Shown: positions 40,662 to 50,402, counted from the stretch's first letter. The stretch is 64,000 nt of DNA from Prochlorococcus sp. AG-355-I20 (GCA_003280895.1 QCDM01000005.1:1296-65295), one strand, 5' to 3'. Notes: a model not told the origin generated them from the sequence alone. Translations and numbers: made by a program.

Positions 40662-41084
40662 AAATTTAAAATTCTTTTTACACTTATTTCAATATTGTCA
40701 ATAAAAATAAAAATGAACCATAAACTTGCTTTAAAAGATTCTCATTTAAACATTGTTAAATAACTTCTCGCAAAAATAAAATAAATAACTTTATAAAAAA
40801 AGCCAGCCGGATTAATTACAAAAGTATTTAAAATATTTAATAAAGGAATAAATGATAGAAGAAATAATTAGTTAAAAAGTATTAGATATTTTATTTTTCA
40901 TATTTTCAATTTTATTGATTAATTCATCTAACCATTCTGTATTATTTTGCTCTTGTCTTTTATGGCTTTGACTTTTTTGAGTACTCATAAATTTCTTATA
41001 TTTAGATTATCCATTTAATATATCTTTTGAAATTACAGGAATCTATAAGCAATATTACCAAATCGGTTGATAAGACAAGCTTTA

Positions 41085-41098
41085 GTAGCATTTCATAC
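41085..41098. promoter_or_regulatory. Possible NtcA box about 425 bp upstream of gdmH
   Basis: GTA-GCATTTCA-TAC(A); spacing to a -10 box is not canonical. Confidence 0.45.
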
Positions 41099-41343
41099 AA
41101 ACCTAACCAACACAAATTAACTAAGAAAATCTAAATCTGTTCAGTTAAGTATTTTCTACGATGTTTTTATTTTAAATTCTGATTTGAATAAGAAAAGGGT
41201 ATAGATATTCCTATGGAAAAATCATTTCTAAATTTCATTTATTGGATCTTGGTAAAGTCAGCTGAAAGTTACTACGGAGATTCATTAAAAACAGAAGTAC
41301 CATATACACCTTATTTTTAGTTTTGGCGGACTTTAACTTTTAA

Positions 41344-41371
41344 TAATAGATCTCTAGTTTGAGATCTATTA
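41344..41371. terminator. Hairpin between convergent microprotein genes
   Basis: TAATAGATCTC-N6-GAGATCTATTA. Confidence 0.55.
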
Positions 41372-41387
41372 GTTTGGAATTAATTTA

Positions 41388-41546
41388 TCAAAAAACACAA
41401 TATGGGTTACTTATAGATTCTCTACAAAATATTCTCTTACGTTGAATTTCTTTTAGTGATTGTGAATAAATTTTAGCGGTAAGGATCGCTCCAAAATTAA
41501 CTAAAATTATAATTAGAAGAAGTAGCTCAATTGCGAGGTTGGTCAT
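41388..41546 (-). CDS. 52-aa microprotein: MTNLxIE TM segment fused to a Cx8C tail
   Basis: MTNLAIELLLLIIILVNFGAILTAKIYSQSLKEIQRKRIFCRESISNPYCVF; AGGAGG SD. Confidence 0.6.
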   Translation of the reverse strand: MTNLAIELLLLIIILVNFGAILTAKIYSQSLKEIQRKRIFCRESISNPYCVF

Positions 41547-41622
41547 AAGAATACCCTCCTTAAATCTATATAAAATCCTATAAATTCAGAATAGGTATTG
41601 AATAGAGTTTAAATTCCTATTT

Positions 41623-41787
41623 TTAGCCATCAAGATTCTCTGGTAATAATCTAGGTTCACAATTTTCGACGCATTCTTCTAGAGACTTTTCAGTATTACT
41701 CTTAATTTCGCAACTACGAAGACAATCATAGAAGGCATACTTGGGATCTAATTCATTTTTGAATTGTTTATTTCTAAATGTATTCAT
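41623..41787 (-). CDS. 54-aa twin-Cx3C microprotein
   Basis: ...FYDCLRSC...EECVENC...; GGGAG SD. Confidence 0.6.
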   Translation of the reverse strand: MNTFRNKQFKNELDPKYAFYDCLRSCEIKSNTEKSLEECVENCEPRLLPENLDG

Positions 41788-41789
41788 GA

Positions 41790-41897
41790 TCAAACTCCCT
41801 TTGATTTTTTTTCAAGTTGATTAATTAATTTATCCAACCAAAGAGTGTTATTGATCTTTTTTGTGTTTTTAAAGTATTTCGTTTTGTAAGTACTCAT
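41790..41897 (-). CDS. 35-aa basic microprotein
   Basis: MSTYKTKYFKNTKKINNTLWLDKLINQLEKKSKGV; GGAGG SD. Confidence 0.5.
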   Translation of the reverse strand: MSTYKTKYFKNTKKINNTLWLDKLINQLEKKSKGV

Positions 41898-42286
41898 GAA
41901 GTTAAACCTCCAATCAGTGGATCTAATTTAGAGTTTTTAATTAAAATTTCCTAGAGCAAAAATACTGATTATTAATTTAGTGAAATATTTTTAAAAAGAT
42001 TAATTTATAGTTTGTATTTTAGGTATTAAAACTCTTGATTCTTGAATATAACTAATACTAAATAACTTCTTAAAAAAGGGGGTTAATTATGACTTACGGA
42101 AATCTAATTAAAAATAAAATTCAACATGTATTTGGTGGTTTGTTTGATACTTTTTCAATTGAGAGAAAACTAACTGATGCTCAAATGGAATGTATGCAAT
42201 TCGGAATTTGTGAGTATGCTCCAAGACAAGTTGAGGAAATTCCCTTTTTTCATTATTAATATGAATTAATTTTAAACGAAGCGCAA

Positions 42287-42595
42287 TTAGCTTCTCCTCA
42301 CCCAATCAGGAGATCCACTAAACCAATCAGCAAGATCATCATTTTTGGGATCGAAATGATTTTCAGTTTCTAAACCATCAAGGCCAAGATTCTGGATTAG
42401 TCCATTTATTCCATCTGATTTTTGCTTACCATATCTTCTCAAACTGTTAGCTTTCTTAAGCCATGTCCATATTGTTGAATTATGTTTTGCAAACTTTTCA
42501 ACATAAATTCTTTCCTCTAACGCAACAGGTTCATCTATTGAAATCCTATTTACAATATCCTTGATTTTTAGACGAGTCTTGTTGGTTAGAAACAT
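42287..42595 (-). CDS. Hypothetical protein
   Basis: 'TRLKI..IV.RI...V.LEERIYV.K.A...DDLADWF..SPDW'. Confidence 0.7.
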   Translation of the reverse strand: MFLTNKTRLKIKDIVNRISIDEPVALEERIYVEKFAKHNSTIWTWLKKANSLRRYGKQKSDGINGLIQNLGLDGLETENHFDPKNDDLADWFSGSPDWVRRS

Positions 42596-42981
42596 ATTTA
42601 TAAAAGAAGTTAATGTTTTATAAAAGTTTTTTTTATGAATGTCTTGTCAATCTTTATTTCAAGAAAAAGTGTTTTTTAAAGGCTTTTCAAGGGCAAATAT
42701 ATGTATTTAACAACAGGTACATTTAATTGGTAAAAAAGACTACTTAAATCGATTTATATAACTTATATAAAAACTAGTTCCATATAAGTTTATCTACACA
42801 ATTTAAGATTTAATTTATAAAAATTTAATAAGGAAAATTTACATTAAAATTCGATTTAAAATTAGGGGGCTAACTCCTTATAAAAGATTTATATAAAAAA
42901 ATAAAAAGTTAAATCAAGTACTGACATATATTTAAAAAATAAATACTATAAGTCTAAATCTTTTTTTAAATATTCAAATTC

Positions 42982-43407
42982 ATGATCAAGAATTTATTCA
43001 TCGCATTAGCTTTTGCATTAATGCTTATCAATCCAAGCATTTCCATAGCTGCAGAATCTCCTGTTGATGTACAAGAAATCTTCACCTCTTCAGAAAACAT
43101 TGATGGAGATGATTTTAAGTATCCCAAAGGAAAAGCTGAAATGCGTTTAATTAGAGTAGAAGTTGAAAATGGAGCAACGATACCAATGCACTCTCATCCG
43201 GTACCTTTACTGGGTCATATTGAAAGTGGTGAATTAACGCTTGCTGAAAAGACGGGTATTAGTAAAACCTTTAAAGAGGGAGATTCATTTGTTCTCTCAG
43301 CAAATACTCCCGCTCATACAATGGCTAATAGTGGCAATTCTTCAGCAGTTATGTGGGTTGCTGTAGCTTCAGCAGAAGGTGTTCCTACTCTGAATCCTGA
43401 AGAATAA
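42982..43407 (+). CDS. Exported cupin-domain protein
   Basis: Signal peptide; 'PMHSHP...GEL...GDSF...H...N'. Confidence 0.8.
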   Translation: MIKNLFIALAFALMLINPSISIAAESPVDVQEIFTSSENIDGDDFKYPKGKAEMRLIRVEVENGATIPMHSHPVPLLGHIESGELTLAEKTGISKTFKEGDSFVLSANTPAHTMANSGNSSAVMWVAVASAEGVPTLNPEE

Positions 43408-43414
43408 ATAAACT

Positions 43415-43459
43415 TGATTGACAGTCAATCTAAACTAGGGGCAATTAGCTCCTTTTTTT
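43415..43459 (+). repeat. GATTGAC-A-GTCAATC-TAAACT element plus hairpin/T-run, copy 2 (perfect palindrome)
   Basis: Read directly from the sequence; immediately precedes ATG 43460. Confidence 0.75.
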
Positions 43460-43759
43460 ATGACTTCTCAAAATTTTATGAATCTTGTTAAATTTAAATT
43501 GAAGTCAGATTGTGTAGATAAATATTTTGAAGTAATAGATAAAACAAGCTTTGAGGGGATGACTCAAAGATATATCGCTAAAACTGATTACTGTTTTGTT
43601 GGGATCTGGAAAAGTGCAGAAGCTATTGCAGCTCAAAGACCAGCTATGATTGCTCACCTTGATGAAGTAAGAGGATTTATGGAAGAGTTGTCTCCTGAAC
43701 TTGGAGTAACTGATCCCGTTTCAGGAAATATTGTTTCTAAAGTTGGTTATCATGATTGA
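43460..43759 (+). CDS. Small protein, possibly a dimeric alpha/beta-barrel (ABM-like) fold
   Basis: 'MNLVKFKLK...YCFVGIW...RPAMIAHLD..R...EELSPELGVTDPVSG'. Confidence 0.6.
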   Translation: MTSQNFMNLVKFKLKSDCVDKYFEVIDKTSFEGMTQRYIAKTDYCFVGIWKSAEAIAAQRPAMIAHLDEVRGFMEELSPELGVTDPVSGNIVSKVGYHD

Positions 43760-43798
43760 CAGTTGATCTAAATTTAAAGGAACACAACCCTTGTTTTT
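43753..43798 (+). repeat. GATTGAC-A-GTTGATC-TAAATT element, copy 3, containing the upstream gene's stop codon
   Basis: Read directly from the sequence; TGA 43757-43759 lies inside it. Confidence 0.7.
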
Positions 43799-43825
43799 GC
43801 TAATAAATTTTTCAAATAAAAACTT

Positions 43826-44545
43826 ATGAAAGGTCAATGGATAAATATTTATAGTGGCGATTTACCTTTAAGATCTTGGTGGATAGATTCTGGAAATGAG
43901 TATGAATATATCACCATAGTTTTACCAGAGGTATTTGGAATAAATAATTGGATAAAAAGTTTTTCTGAAAAATTAGCTGCACAAAATTTACCTGTATTAG
44001 CCATCCCCCTTTATGGAAGAACGGCTCCAAATTTGGATTTAGGTTACAGCGAAGAGGATTTAAAATTAGGCAGGCATCATAAAAATTTAACTACTTTAAA
44101 AAATATTATTGAAGATGTTTCTGCAGCAATAAGTTGGGTTAAAGAAAAATATCCAAAAAAGAAAATCGCTATTATTGGATTTTGTTTTGGGGGGCATGCT
44201 GCACTTATTGCATCTTCTTTGAAAGGAATAGATAATTCATTTTGTTTTTATGGAGCAGGAGTTACAACTCCAAGAACCGATACTAATTTTGCCCCTATAG
44301 TTTTGCTCGAAAAAGTTACAGGTAATTTAAATTTTATTTGCGGATCTGCAGATGATTTGATTCCGTTAAAAGATCGATTAGAAATAAAAAAAATGTTTAA
44401 AAAATTTGATCCTTTAGAAGAGAGATTTAGTTATATTGAAATTGAAGGAGCTGATCATGGCTTTATGTGCGAGGAGAGAGAATCCTTTGATAAAGCGGCA
44501 TCATTAATAGGTTGGAACTTAGTGATGAAAGAATTAATTAATTGA
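43826..44545 (+). CDS. Dienelactone hydrolase family protein
   Basis: EVFGIN, GFCFGG nucleophile motif, ADHGF. Confidence 0.9.
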   Translation: MKGQWINIYSGDLPLRSWWIDSGNEYEYITIVLPEVFGINNWIKSFSEKLAAQNLPVLAIPLYGRTAPNLDLGYSEEDLKLGRHHKNLTTLKNIIEDVSAAISWVKEKYPKKKIAIIGFCFGGHAALIASSLKGIDNSFCFYGAGVTTPRTDTNFAPIVLLEKVTGNLNFICGSADDLIPLKDRLEIKKMFKKFDPLEERFSYIEIEGADHGFMCEERESFDKAASLIGWNLVMKELIN

Positions 44546-44619
44546 AAATATAAAGCGAATAGTAAGATCTTACATTCACGATTCGTTCACGACTTGCAAT
44601 TTCCTTCAAATTATATGAT

Positions 44620-44664
44620 ATGGCTGAAATTAATTACTGGCTAATGAAAAGTGAGTCCGTCTAG
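44620..44664 (+). pseudogene. Orphan 5' fragment of the EVE gene (attL-like)
   Basis: MAEINYWLMKSE-SV*; codons 6-12 are nucleotide-identical to those of the EVE gene at 51138. Confidence 0.85.
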
Positions 44665-44724
44665 TTATAACTGAGATCTCAAAGAATAATTTTCTATCCA
44701 AACTTTTAGCAAAATTTAAATTAT

Positions 44725-46041
44725 TTAAGAACCTAAAAGGGCTTTGCACTCCAACATTTCTTTAGTGGCAGCTGATTTATTTGATCTCAATGAAATAATA
44801 TCTGCTAAAAAGTTAGCATCATCTTTTACTCCACAAAAACGTCCTGAGCCCCATGTATAAAGCCAGGGTAAACCAAGAAAATACAGCCCTGGTGATTGGG
44901 TCACACCTCTTTCATGAATAGGAAAGCCAGTTCCATCAAAAACTGAGATATCTACCCAACTAAAATCACTTTTATAACCTGTACACCAAATTACTACTGC
45001 TAAGTTTTTGCATAAAATTTTAGTACCTTTTACATCTTTCGTTGGTTCCCAGCAAGGAGAATATTTTTCTTCTTTGGGAGCATCTATATTATTTTTTGCA
45101 ATCCACTCATCAATACTATTTCTTATTCTGCAGTAAACAGAGTCTGCTCCATCAAGATTTTTAGAAAGATCATTTGAAAATTGAATATCATTAATAGTTA
45201 ACTCTTCCAGTCGTCCATGAAGATTCATCCCTTCTATCGCTCTCCTTCTAAGATCTATTTCTCTTCCGTTATCTCTTCCAGTTAAATAATGATTAGTTTT
45301 ATTCCTTACACTTTTGGGATCATCGTGTTCCCCAATAGGCATTGAATAATAACCCATTCTGTCGAGCCAATCTACAACATCTCTTCCTCTATACCTCCTT
45401 GGAGATCTTGGAGCACTTCCAACGCTTAAATGAACTTCTCTTTTTTCAAAAAAAAGATCTTCAGCTATTTGACAACCTGATTGACCACTGCCAACAACTA
45501 GGACAGGTCCATTTGGTAATGAATTTGCATTTTTATATTCTCTTGCATCAATTTGCAGGATATTAGTTGGTAATCTCTCAGAATGAGGATTTCTTTTAGG
45601 TACATGATAAGCTCCAGTTGCTATAACAACTTGATCAGCTTCAAAATTTCCACGGTTAGTAGAAATAAAAAACTTTTCATTTTTTTTAACTAAATGTTTT
45701 ACTTCAATTCCTTCAAGAATATCTGCCTTAACAAATTCAGAATATTTTTTTAAATATTTAACTATATTATCTTTATCCATAAACCCATTAGGGTCTTTAC
45801 CAGAATATTGATAATCAGGAAGTGTGCATTGCCAATTTGGCGTCACAAGGCAGAAAGAATCCCAACGTTGTTCTTTCCAAGAAAAACCAATATAATTTTT
45901 TTCTAAGATAAGAGGTTTTATCCCTTTTTTTTGTAGTGCATGAGCAATAGACAATCCTGCTTGTCCTGCACCAATAATAATTACAGAACATTTAGCAGAA
46001 ATTTGATTTAGAAATTCTTCAGCCATCTTTTTCTTTAACAA
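44725..46041 (-). CDS. nitH: MSMEG_0569-family flavin-dependent oxidoreductase (Nit1C NitH)
   Basis: GAGQAG, 'RWDSFCLVTPNWQC', GSGQSG.QIAEDL, 'TWGSGRF'. Confidence 0.88.
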   Translation of the reverse strand: MLKKKMAEEFLNQISAKCSVIIIGAGQAGLSIAHALQKKGIKPLILEKNYIGFSWKEQRWDSFCLVTPNWQCTLPDYQYSGKDPNGFMDKDNIVKYLKKYSEFVKADILEGIEVKHLVKKNEKFFISTNRGNFEADQVVIATGAYHVPKRNPHSERLPTNILQIDAREYKNANSLPNGPVLVVGSGQSGCQIAEDLFFEKREVHLSVGSAPRSPRRYRGRDVVDWLDRMGYYSMPIGEHDDPKSVRNKTNHYLTGRDNGREIDLRRRAIEGMNLHGRLEELTINDIQFSNDLSKNLDGADSVYCRIRNSIDEWIAKNNIDAPKEEKYSPCWEPTKDVKGTKILCKNLAVVIWCTGYKSDFSWVDISVFDGTGFPIHERGVTQSPGLYFLGLPWLYTWGSGRFCGVKDDANFLADIISLRSNKSAATKEMLECKALLGS

Positions 46042-46130
46042 ACTAATATTGTCATGTTTATGAATTTTAATTTGTTATAAAACTCACTAAAAAAGTTTTT
46101 TTGATCAGAAATCTTAAGTTAGTCAATTTA

Positions 46131-46144
46131 GTGATATCGGTTAC
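46131..46144. promoter_or_regulatory. NtcA-like box in the divergent nitH/nitB promoter region
   Basis: GTG-ATATCGGT-TAC(A). Confidence 0.6.
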
Positions 46145-46196
46145 ATTCTTTTAATCTATCAAGTCAGAAAATAGCATAAGTTTTTTTAAAAATTTC

Positions 46197-46679
46197 ATGC
46201 CATCTGTAACTCGTCCCGCTAATCAGCCTGGAGAATTCTTAGTTGATTATGAAGAAAAAGTATTCCCAGATGTTAAAGCCGAACCAGGTGAGAAAGCCTT
46301 ACTAACTTTTCATACTGTTGCTTTTGAGGGGTCTATTGGTCTTGTTAATCTTTTACAAGCTAGCCGGCTTATAAATAAGGGTTTTGAAACTTCAATATTG
46401 CTATATGGTCCAGGAGTAACTCTAGGACTACAAAGAGGATTTCCAAAGCTTGGAGATGCAGCATTTGATGGTCATTTAAATTTTAATGCTCGCTTAGAAA
46501 AATTTATGGGTCAAGGCGGTAAAGTTTACGCTTGTCGATTTGCATTACAAGCTTTGTACGGACATGGGGAAGGAGCTCTTACTCCAGGGATAAAACCAAT
46601 AAGTCCTTTAGATGTTCTCGATATCGTGTTAATGCATCGCAAAGAAGGGGCATTTATTTTGGATACTTGGACTCTGTAA
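46197..46679 (+). CDS. nitB: MSMEG_0572/Sll0783-family nitrogen-starvation protein (NitB)
   Basis: '[34 protein letters not shown]...[12 protein letters not shown]'. Confidence 0.92.
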   Translation: MPSVTRPANQPGEFLVDYEEKVFPDVKAEPGEKALLTFHTVAFEGSIGLVNLLQASRLINKGFETSILLYGPGVTLGLQRGFPKLGDAAFDGHLNFNARLEKFMGQGGKVYACRFALQALYGHGEGALTPGIKPISPLDVLDIVLMHRKEGAFILDTWTL

Positions 46680-46697
46680 GACATAAGCTCTAAGAAA

Positions 46698-47690
46698 ATG
46701 ACTAAAACATTTAAAGTAGCTGCTGCTCAAGTTAGACCTGTACTTTTTGACTTAAATGGCTCATTGAATAAAATCCTTTTAAAGATCCAAGAGGCAGCTA
46801 CAAAAAATGTAAAGTTGATAGTCTTTCCCGAAACTTTTCTTCCTTACTACCCATATTTTTCATTTGTTGAGCCGCCAGTTCTCATGGGTAAATCTCATAT
46901 GAAGCTATATGAGCAAGCAGTAGAAGTCCCGGGCCCAGTTACAGACATAGTTGGTAAATCAGCTAAAAAATATAACATCCAAGTTCTTTTAGGAGTTAAT
47001 GAACTTGATGGTGGAAGTTTGTACAATACTCAAATTCTTTTCAACGAAGAAGGTGAAATTGTTTTAAAAAGAAGAAAAATAACTCCTACTTTTCACGAAA
47101 GAATGATTTGGGGTCAAGGAGATGGTTCTGGTTTAGAAGTTGTAGATACTCAACTTGGCAAGATAGGATCTTTGGCTTGTTGGGAACACTATAACCCTTT
47201 AGCCAGATTTGCCCTTATGGCAAAAGGGGAACAAATTCATTGTGCTCAATTTCCAGGTTCATTAGTGGGTCCAATATTTACCGAGCAAACTGCAGTCACA
47301 ATGAGACATCACGCTTTAGAAGCAGGCTGTTTTGTGATTTGCTCAACAGGTTGGCTAGATCCAGAAGATTATGAAAAAATTACGTCCGAAACCAATCTTC
47401 ACAAAGCATTTCAGGGTGGATGTCATACAGCAATTATCAGTCCAGAAGGCAAGTATTTGGCAGGACCACTTGATGAAGGAGAAGGATTAGCTATAGCAGA
47501 AATTAATTTATCACTTATTACAAAAAGGAAAAGAATGATGGACAGTGTTGGTCACTACAGTCGTCCAGATCTTCTTTCTCTAAAACTAAATACATCCCCC
47601 AACAAGGTATTTGAGATATCAAATGAGAAAGATTTCATACCAAAAGATCTAACTACAAAAGACTATTTAGAGGAAATCAATCATGTCTGA
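46698..47690 (+). CDS. nitC: Nit6803-family nitrilase (NitC)
   Basis: Catalytic E (FPE), K (RRK) and C (LACWEH); 'DSVGHYSRPD'. Confidence 0.93.
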   Translation: MTKTFKVAAAQVRPVLFDLNGSLNKILLKIQEAATKNVKLIVFPETFLPYYPYFSFVEPPVLMGKSHMKLYEQAVEVPGPVTDIVGKSAKKYNIQVLLGVNELDGGSLYNTQILFNEEGEIVLKRRKITPTFHERMIWGQGDGSGLEVVDTQLGKIGSLACWEHYNPLARFALMAKGEQIHCAQFPGSLVGPIFTEQTAVTMRHHALEAGCFVICSTGWLDPEDYEKITSETNLHKAFQGGCHTAIISPEGKYLAGPLDEGEGLAIAEINLSLITKRKRMMDSVGHYSRPDLLSLKLNTSPNKVFEISNEKDFIPKDLTTKDYLEEINHV

Positions 47691-48771
47691 ACTAGGTAAA
47701 ATTATTACTGACTTACAAGTAAATGGGATAAGTTCCACGCCTAAAAAAGGCAACAGGGGTAGGAAAGGAGGCGCTGGTCCCTCCGATCATAGAGCTTTAA
47801 CAATTGAAGGGAAGACTGTAATGATACCAGTTTATAATCACGTATCTAAAAAATCTAATTATCAACTTTCAGAGGAGCCTGAGGGACAATTTATTCTCCA
47901 AAATAGTGAAGATTCAAATATCAAGGAATTATCTACCACAAAAGAACCAAGTTTTTATTCTTTAAAAACAAAAGATGGTATACCTTATAAATCGATTGCT
48001 CTTCTTCATAGCAAGGATGTATTAGCTACAACTATTCTTCAAAAATGTATTCGTTTCAAACATAGAGAAGAATCTTGCCAGTTTTGTGCAATAGAACAAT
48101 CTTTGGAAAACGAACAAACCATCGTAAGAAAAACTCCAGATCAAATAGCTGAAGTTGCAGAAGCAGCTGTAAGACTTGATGGAATAAAGCAATTAGTAAT
48201 GACAACAGGGACCCCAAACAGTAGTGATAGGGGAGCAAGAATAATGGCAGAAGCAGCAAAGGCTGTTAAGGCTAAAGTTGATATTCCAATCCAAGGTCAA
48301 TGCGAACCGCCTGATAATCCAATTTGGTTTCGAAAAATGAAAGACTCAGGCGTTGATAGTTTAGGAATGCATTTAGAGGTTGTGGAGGAGAAGATAAGAA
48401 AAAAAATTCTTCCCGGCAAATCTGAAATTTCTCTTGAAAGATATTATAAAGCCTTCGAAGAAAGTGTCTCAGTGTTCGGGAGAGGAGAAGTTTCTACATA
48501 TTTATTAGCTGGACTAGGGGATAGCAAAGAATCCCTAATAAATTGCAGTAAAAAGTTGATATCCATAGGAGTTTATCCTTTCATAGTTCCATTTGTGCCA
48601 ATAGCAGGAACTCCTCTGGAACATCACCCCTCCCCAAGCACTGATTTCATGATTGATATTTATCAATCAGTCTCGCAATTACTAAATGAAGGCAACATTA
48701 AATCTGATGAAATGTCCGCTGGTTGTGCCAAATGTGGTGCCTGCTCAGCTTTATCCCTTTTTGAGAGTTAA
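47683..48771 (+). CDS. nitD: MSMEG_0568-family radical SAM protein (NitD)
   Basis: 'GGAGPSDH', Cx9Cx2C (CIRFKHREESCQFC), C-terminal CAKCGAC. Confidence 0.92.
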   Translation: MSELGKIITDLQVNGISSTPKKGNRGRKGGAGPSDHRALTIEGKTVMIPVYNHVSKKSNYQLSEEPEGQFILQNSEDSNIKELSTTKEPSFYSLKTKDGIPYKSIALLHSKDVLATTILQKCIRFKHREESCQFCAIEQSLENEQTIVRKTPDQIAEVAEAAVRLDGIKQLVMTTGTPNSSDRGARIMAEAAKAVKAKVDIPIQGQCEPPDNPIWFRKMKDSGVDSLGMHLEVVEEKIRKKILPGKSEISLERYYKAFEESVSVFGRGEVSTYLLAGLGDSKESLINCSKKLISIGVYPFIVPFVPIAGTPLEHHPSPSTDFMIDIYQSVSQLLNEGNIKSDEMSAGCAKCGACSALSLFES

Positions 48772-48776
48772 AAATT

Positions 48777-49415
48777 ATGTTTTTTATTGATCCCTCAAGT
48801 GAAGATATCGGCAGAAGCTTTAGCTCTGCGCCTTACTATTTCACACCCTCCGTAAGATCAGGTATTGGGATTGAAGAAGAAGATTTTATGATATCTCCAA
48901 GTACAAATTCAGAAAACTTTTCATTTCATTTGCTTGAAGATGATTCTCCCCTTATCAAAGATTACTGGGAATTACGAAAGAGAATATTTTGCGAAGAACA
49001 AAATATTTTTGCTGAATCTGACATTGATGAAATTGATCAAGATGCATACCCAATAGTTTCTTTGAATTCTGGATATGGCACAAAAGAGAGAGTCGTTGGC
49101 GTTGTGAGAATTTACGAGACAGAAAAAAAACAATGGTATGGTGGGAGACTAGGTGTTGATTCTGTTTTTCGTAAATTCAATCAAATAGGAAAAGGATTGA
49201 TCTGGAAAGCAGTAACTACAGCAAATGGATGGGGTTGCGATCAATTTTTAGCAACCGTTCAGATCCAAAATGTGAGTTTTTTTAGACGCCTCAAATGGAA
49301 ATCAATTAAACAAATTGAAATCAAGGGAATAAAACATCACCTAATGGAAGCTGACTTAAATTATTATAAGCCTTCAAAATCAAGCAGACCAGGCTGGTAT
49401 TTAGTGAAAAAGTGA
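48777..49415 (+). CDS. nitE: MSMEG_0567/Sll0786-family GNAT protein (NitE) with N-terminal extension
   Basis: 'R..IFCEEQ..F..SD.DE.D', 'WYGGRLGV', 'F.A.VQ.QN..FF'. Confidence 0.88.
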   Translation: MFFIDPSSEDIGRSFSSAPYYFTPSVRSGIGIEEEDFMISPSTNSENFSFHLLEDDSPLIKDYWELRKRIFCEEQNIFAESDIDEIDQDAYPIVSLNSGYGTKERVVGVVRIYETEKKQWYGGRLGVDSVFRKFNQIGKGLIWKAVTTANGWGCDQFLATVQIQNVSFFRRLKWKSIKQIEIKGIKHHLMEADLNYYKPSKSSRPGWYLVKK

Positions 49416-49424
49416 CCAAATAAG

Positions 49425-50402
49425 ATGTTAGATAAATTTATCAAAAAACTGCAAACACATAGTGGCATTGAATCTAAAAAAGATATTCAAAGTGCTGCAA
49501 AAACTTTCTCACATAGCCCGTTCAGCGAACTTGGTAAATCTGCAATGCTTGGAGATGATGCAGCAGTAATTCCACAACAATCAGGCTTGTTATTAATGGC
49601 GAGTGAAGGAATTAGTCCAAGCTTAGTAGAAAGAGAACCGTGGTTCGCAGGTTGGAGCAGCGTATTAGTTAATATCAGTGACATCACTGCAATGGGTGGG
49701 AAGCCCATAGCTTTAGTAAATAGTATTTGGAGTGACAATGATTTAGAAAAACACGATAAAATTCTTTCTGGTATGAGTTTTGCCTGTGAAAAATTTGATG
49801 TCCCAATGGTAGGTGGGCACTCAAATCAAAAAAGTCCATATTTTGCTTTATCCGTATCAATTCTTGGACTTGTAGAAGGTCCTATTCTTTCTTCAAGGTT
49901 CGCAGATTCTGGAGATGAATTATGGATAATAGCGAATAAAGATGGATATTTTTTTAAAGATTATCCATTCTGGGATGCGGCTACGAAAGCCTCCGCAACT
50001 TTACTTAAAAAACATTTTTCATTGATACCCTTTCTTGCAAAAAAAAATATTATTCATGCAGCCAAAGACATTAGCATGGGAGGTATTACAGGTACTGCAG
50101 TTATGTTTGCTGAATCTGCTGGAAAAAAAATTGTAATTGATATTGAGAAAATTGAACGCCCTAAAGGAGTACCAGAATTTGACTGGCTTACATGTTTCCC
50201 AAGCTATGGTTTTCTTTTTGCTATCAAGCCAGATAAAGCTTATTTTTTAAAGGATGCTTTAAGACCATATGATGAACTTATTTGCTGTCATATCGGCAAC
50301 TTTGAAAATGGTAATAGCAGTGTTTATATCAAAAATTCAAATGGAGCAGAATTACTTTGGGAAGAGGATACTCCTCTCACTGGATTTACTAATATAAATT
50401 AA
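49425..50402 (+). CDS. nitF: Sll0787-family AIR-synthase-like protein (NitF)
   Basis: GDDAA, 'PWFAGW...VN.SD..AMGG.P', VGGHSN, KDISMGG. Confidence 0.9.
   Translation: MLDKFIKKLQTHSGIESKKDIQSAAKTFSHSPFSELGKSAMLGDDAAVIPQQSGLLLMASEGISPSLVEREPWFAGWSSVLVNISDITAMGGKPIALVNSIWSDNDLEKHDKILSGMSFACEKFDVPMVGGHSNQKSPYFALSVSILGLVEGPILSSRFADSGDELWIIANKDGYFFKDYPFWDAATKASATLLKKHFSLIPFLAKKNIIHAAKDISMGGITGTAVMFAESAGKKIVIDIEKIERPKGVPEFDWLTCFPSYGFLFAIKPDKAYFLKDALRPYDELICCHIGNFENGNSSVYIKNSNGAELLWEEDTPLTGFTNIN

Noticed and set aside
34590-41070. Direct repeats bounding the guanidine operon
   Set aside because: Only an 8-bp AT-rich match (TACCAAAT) was seen, which is not significant.
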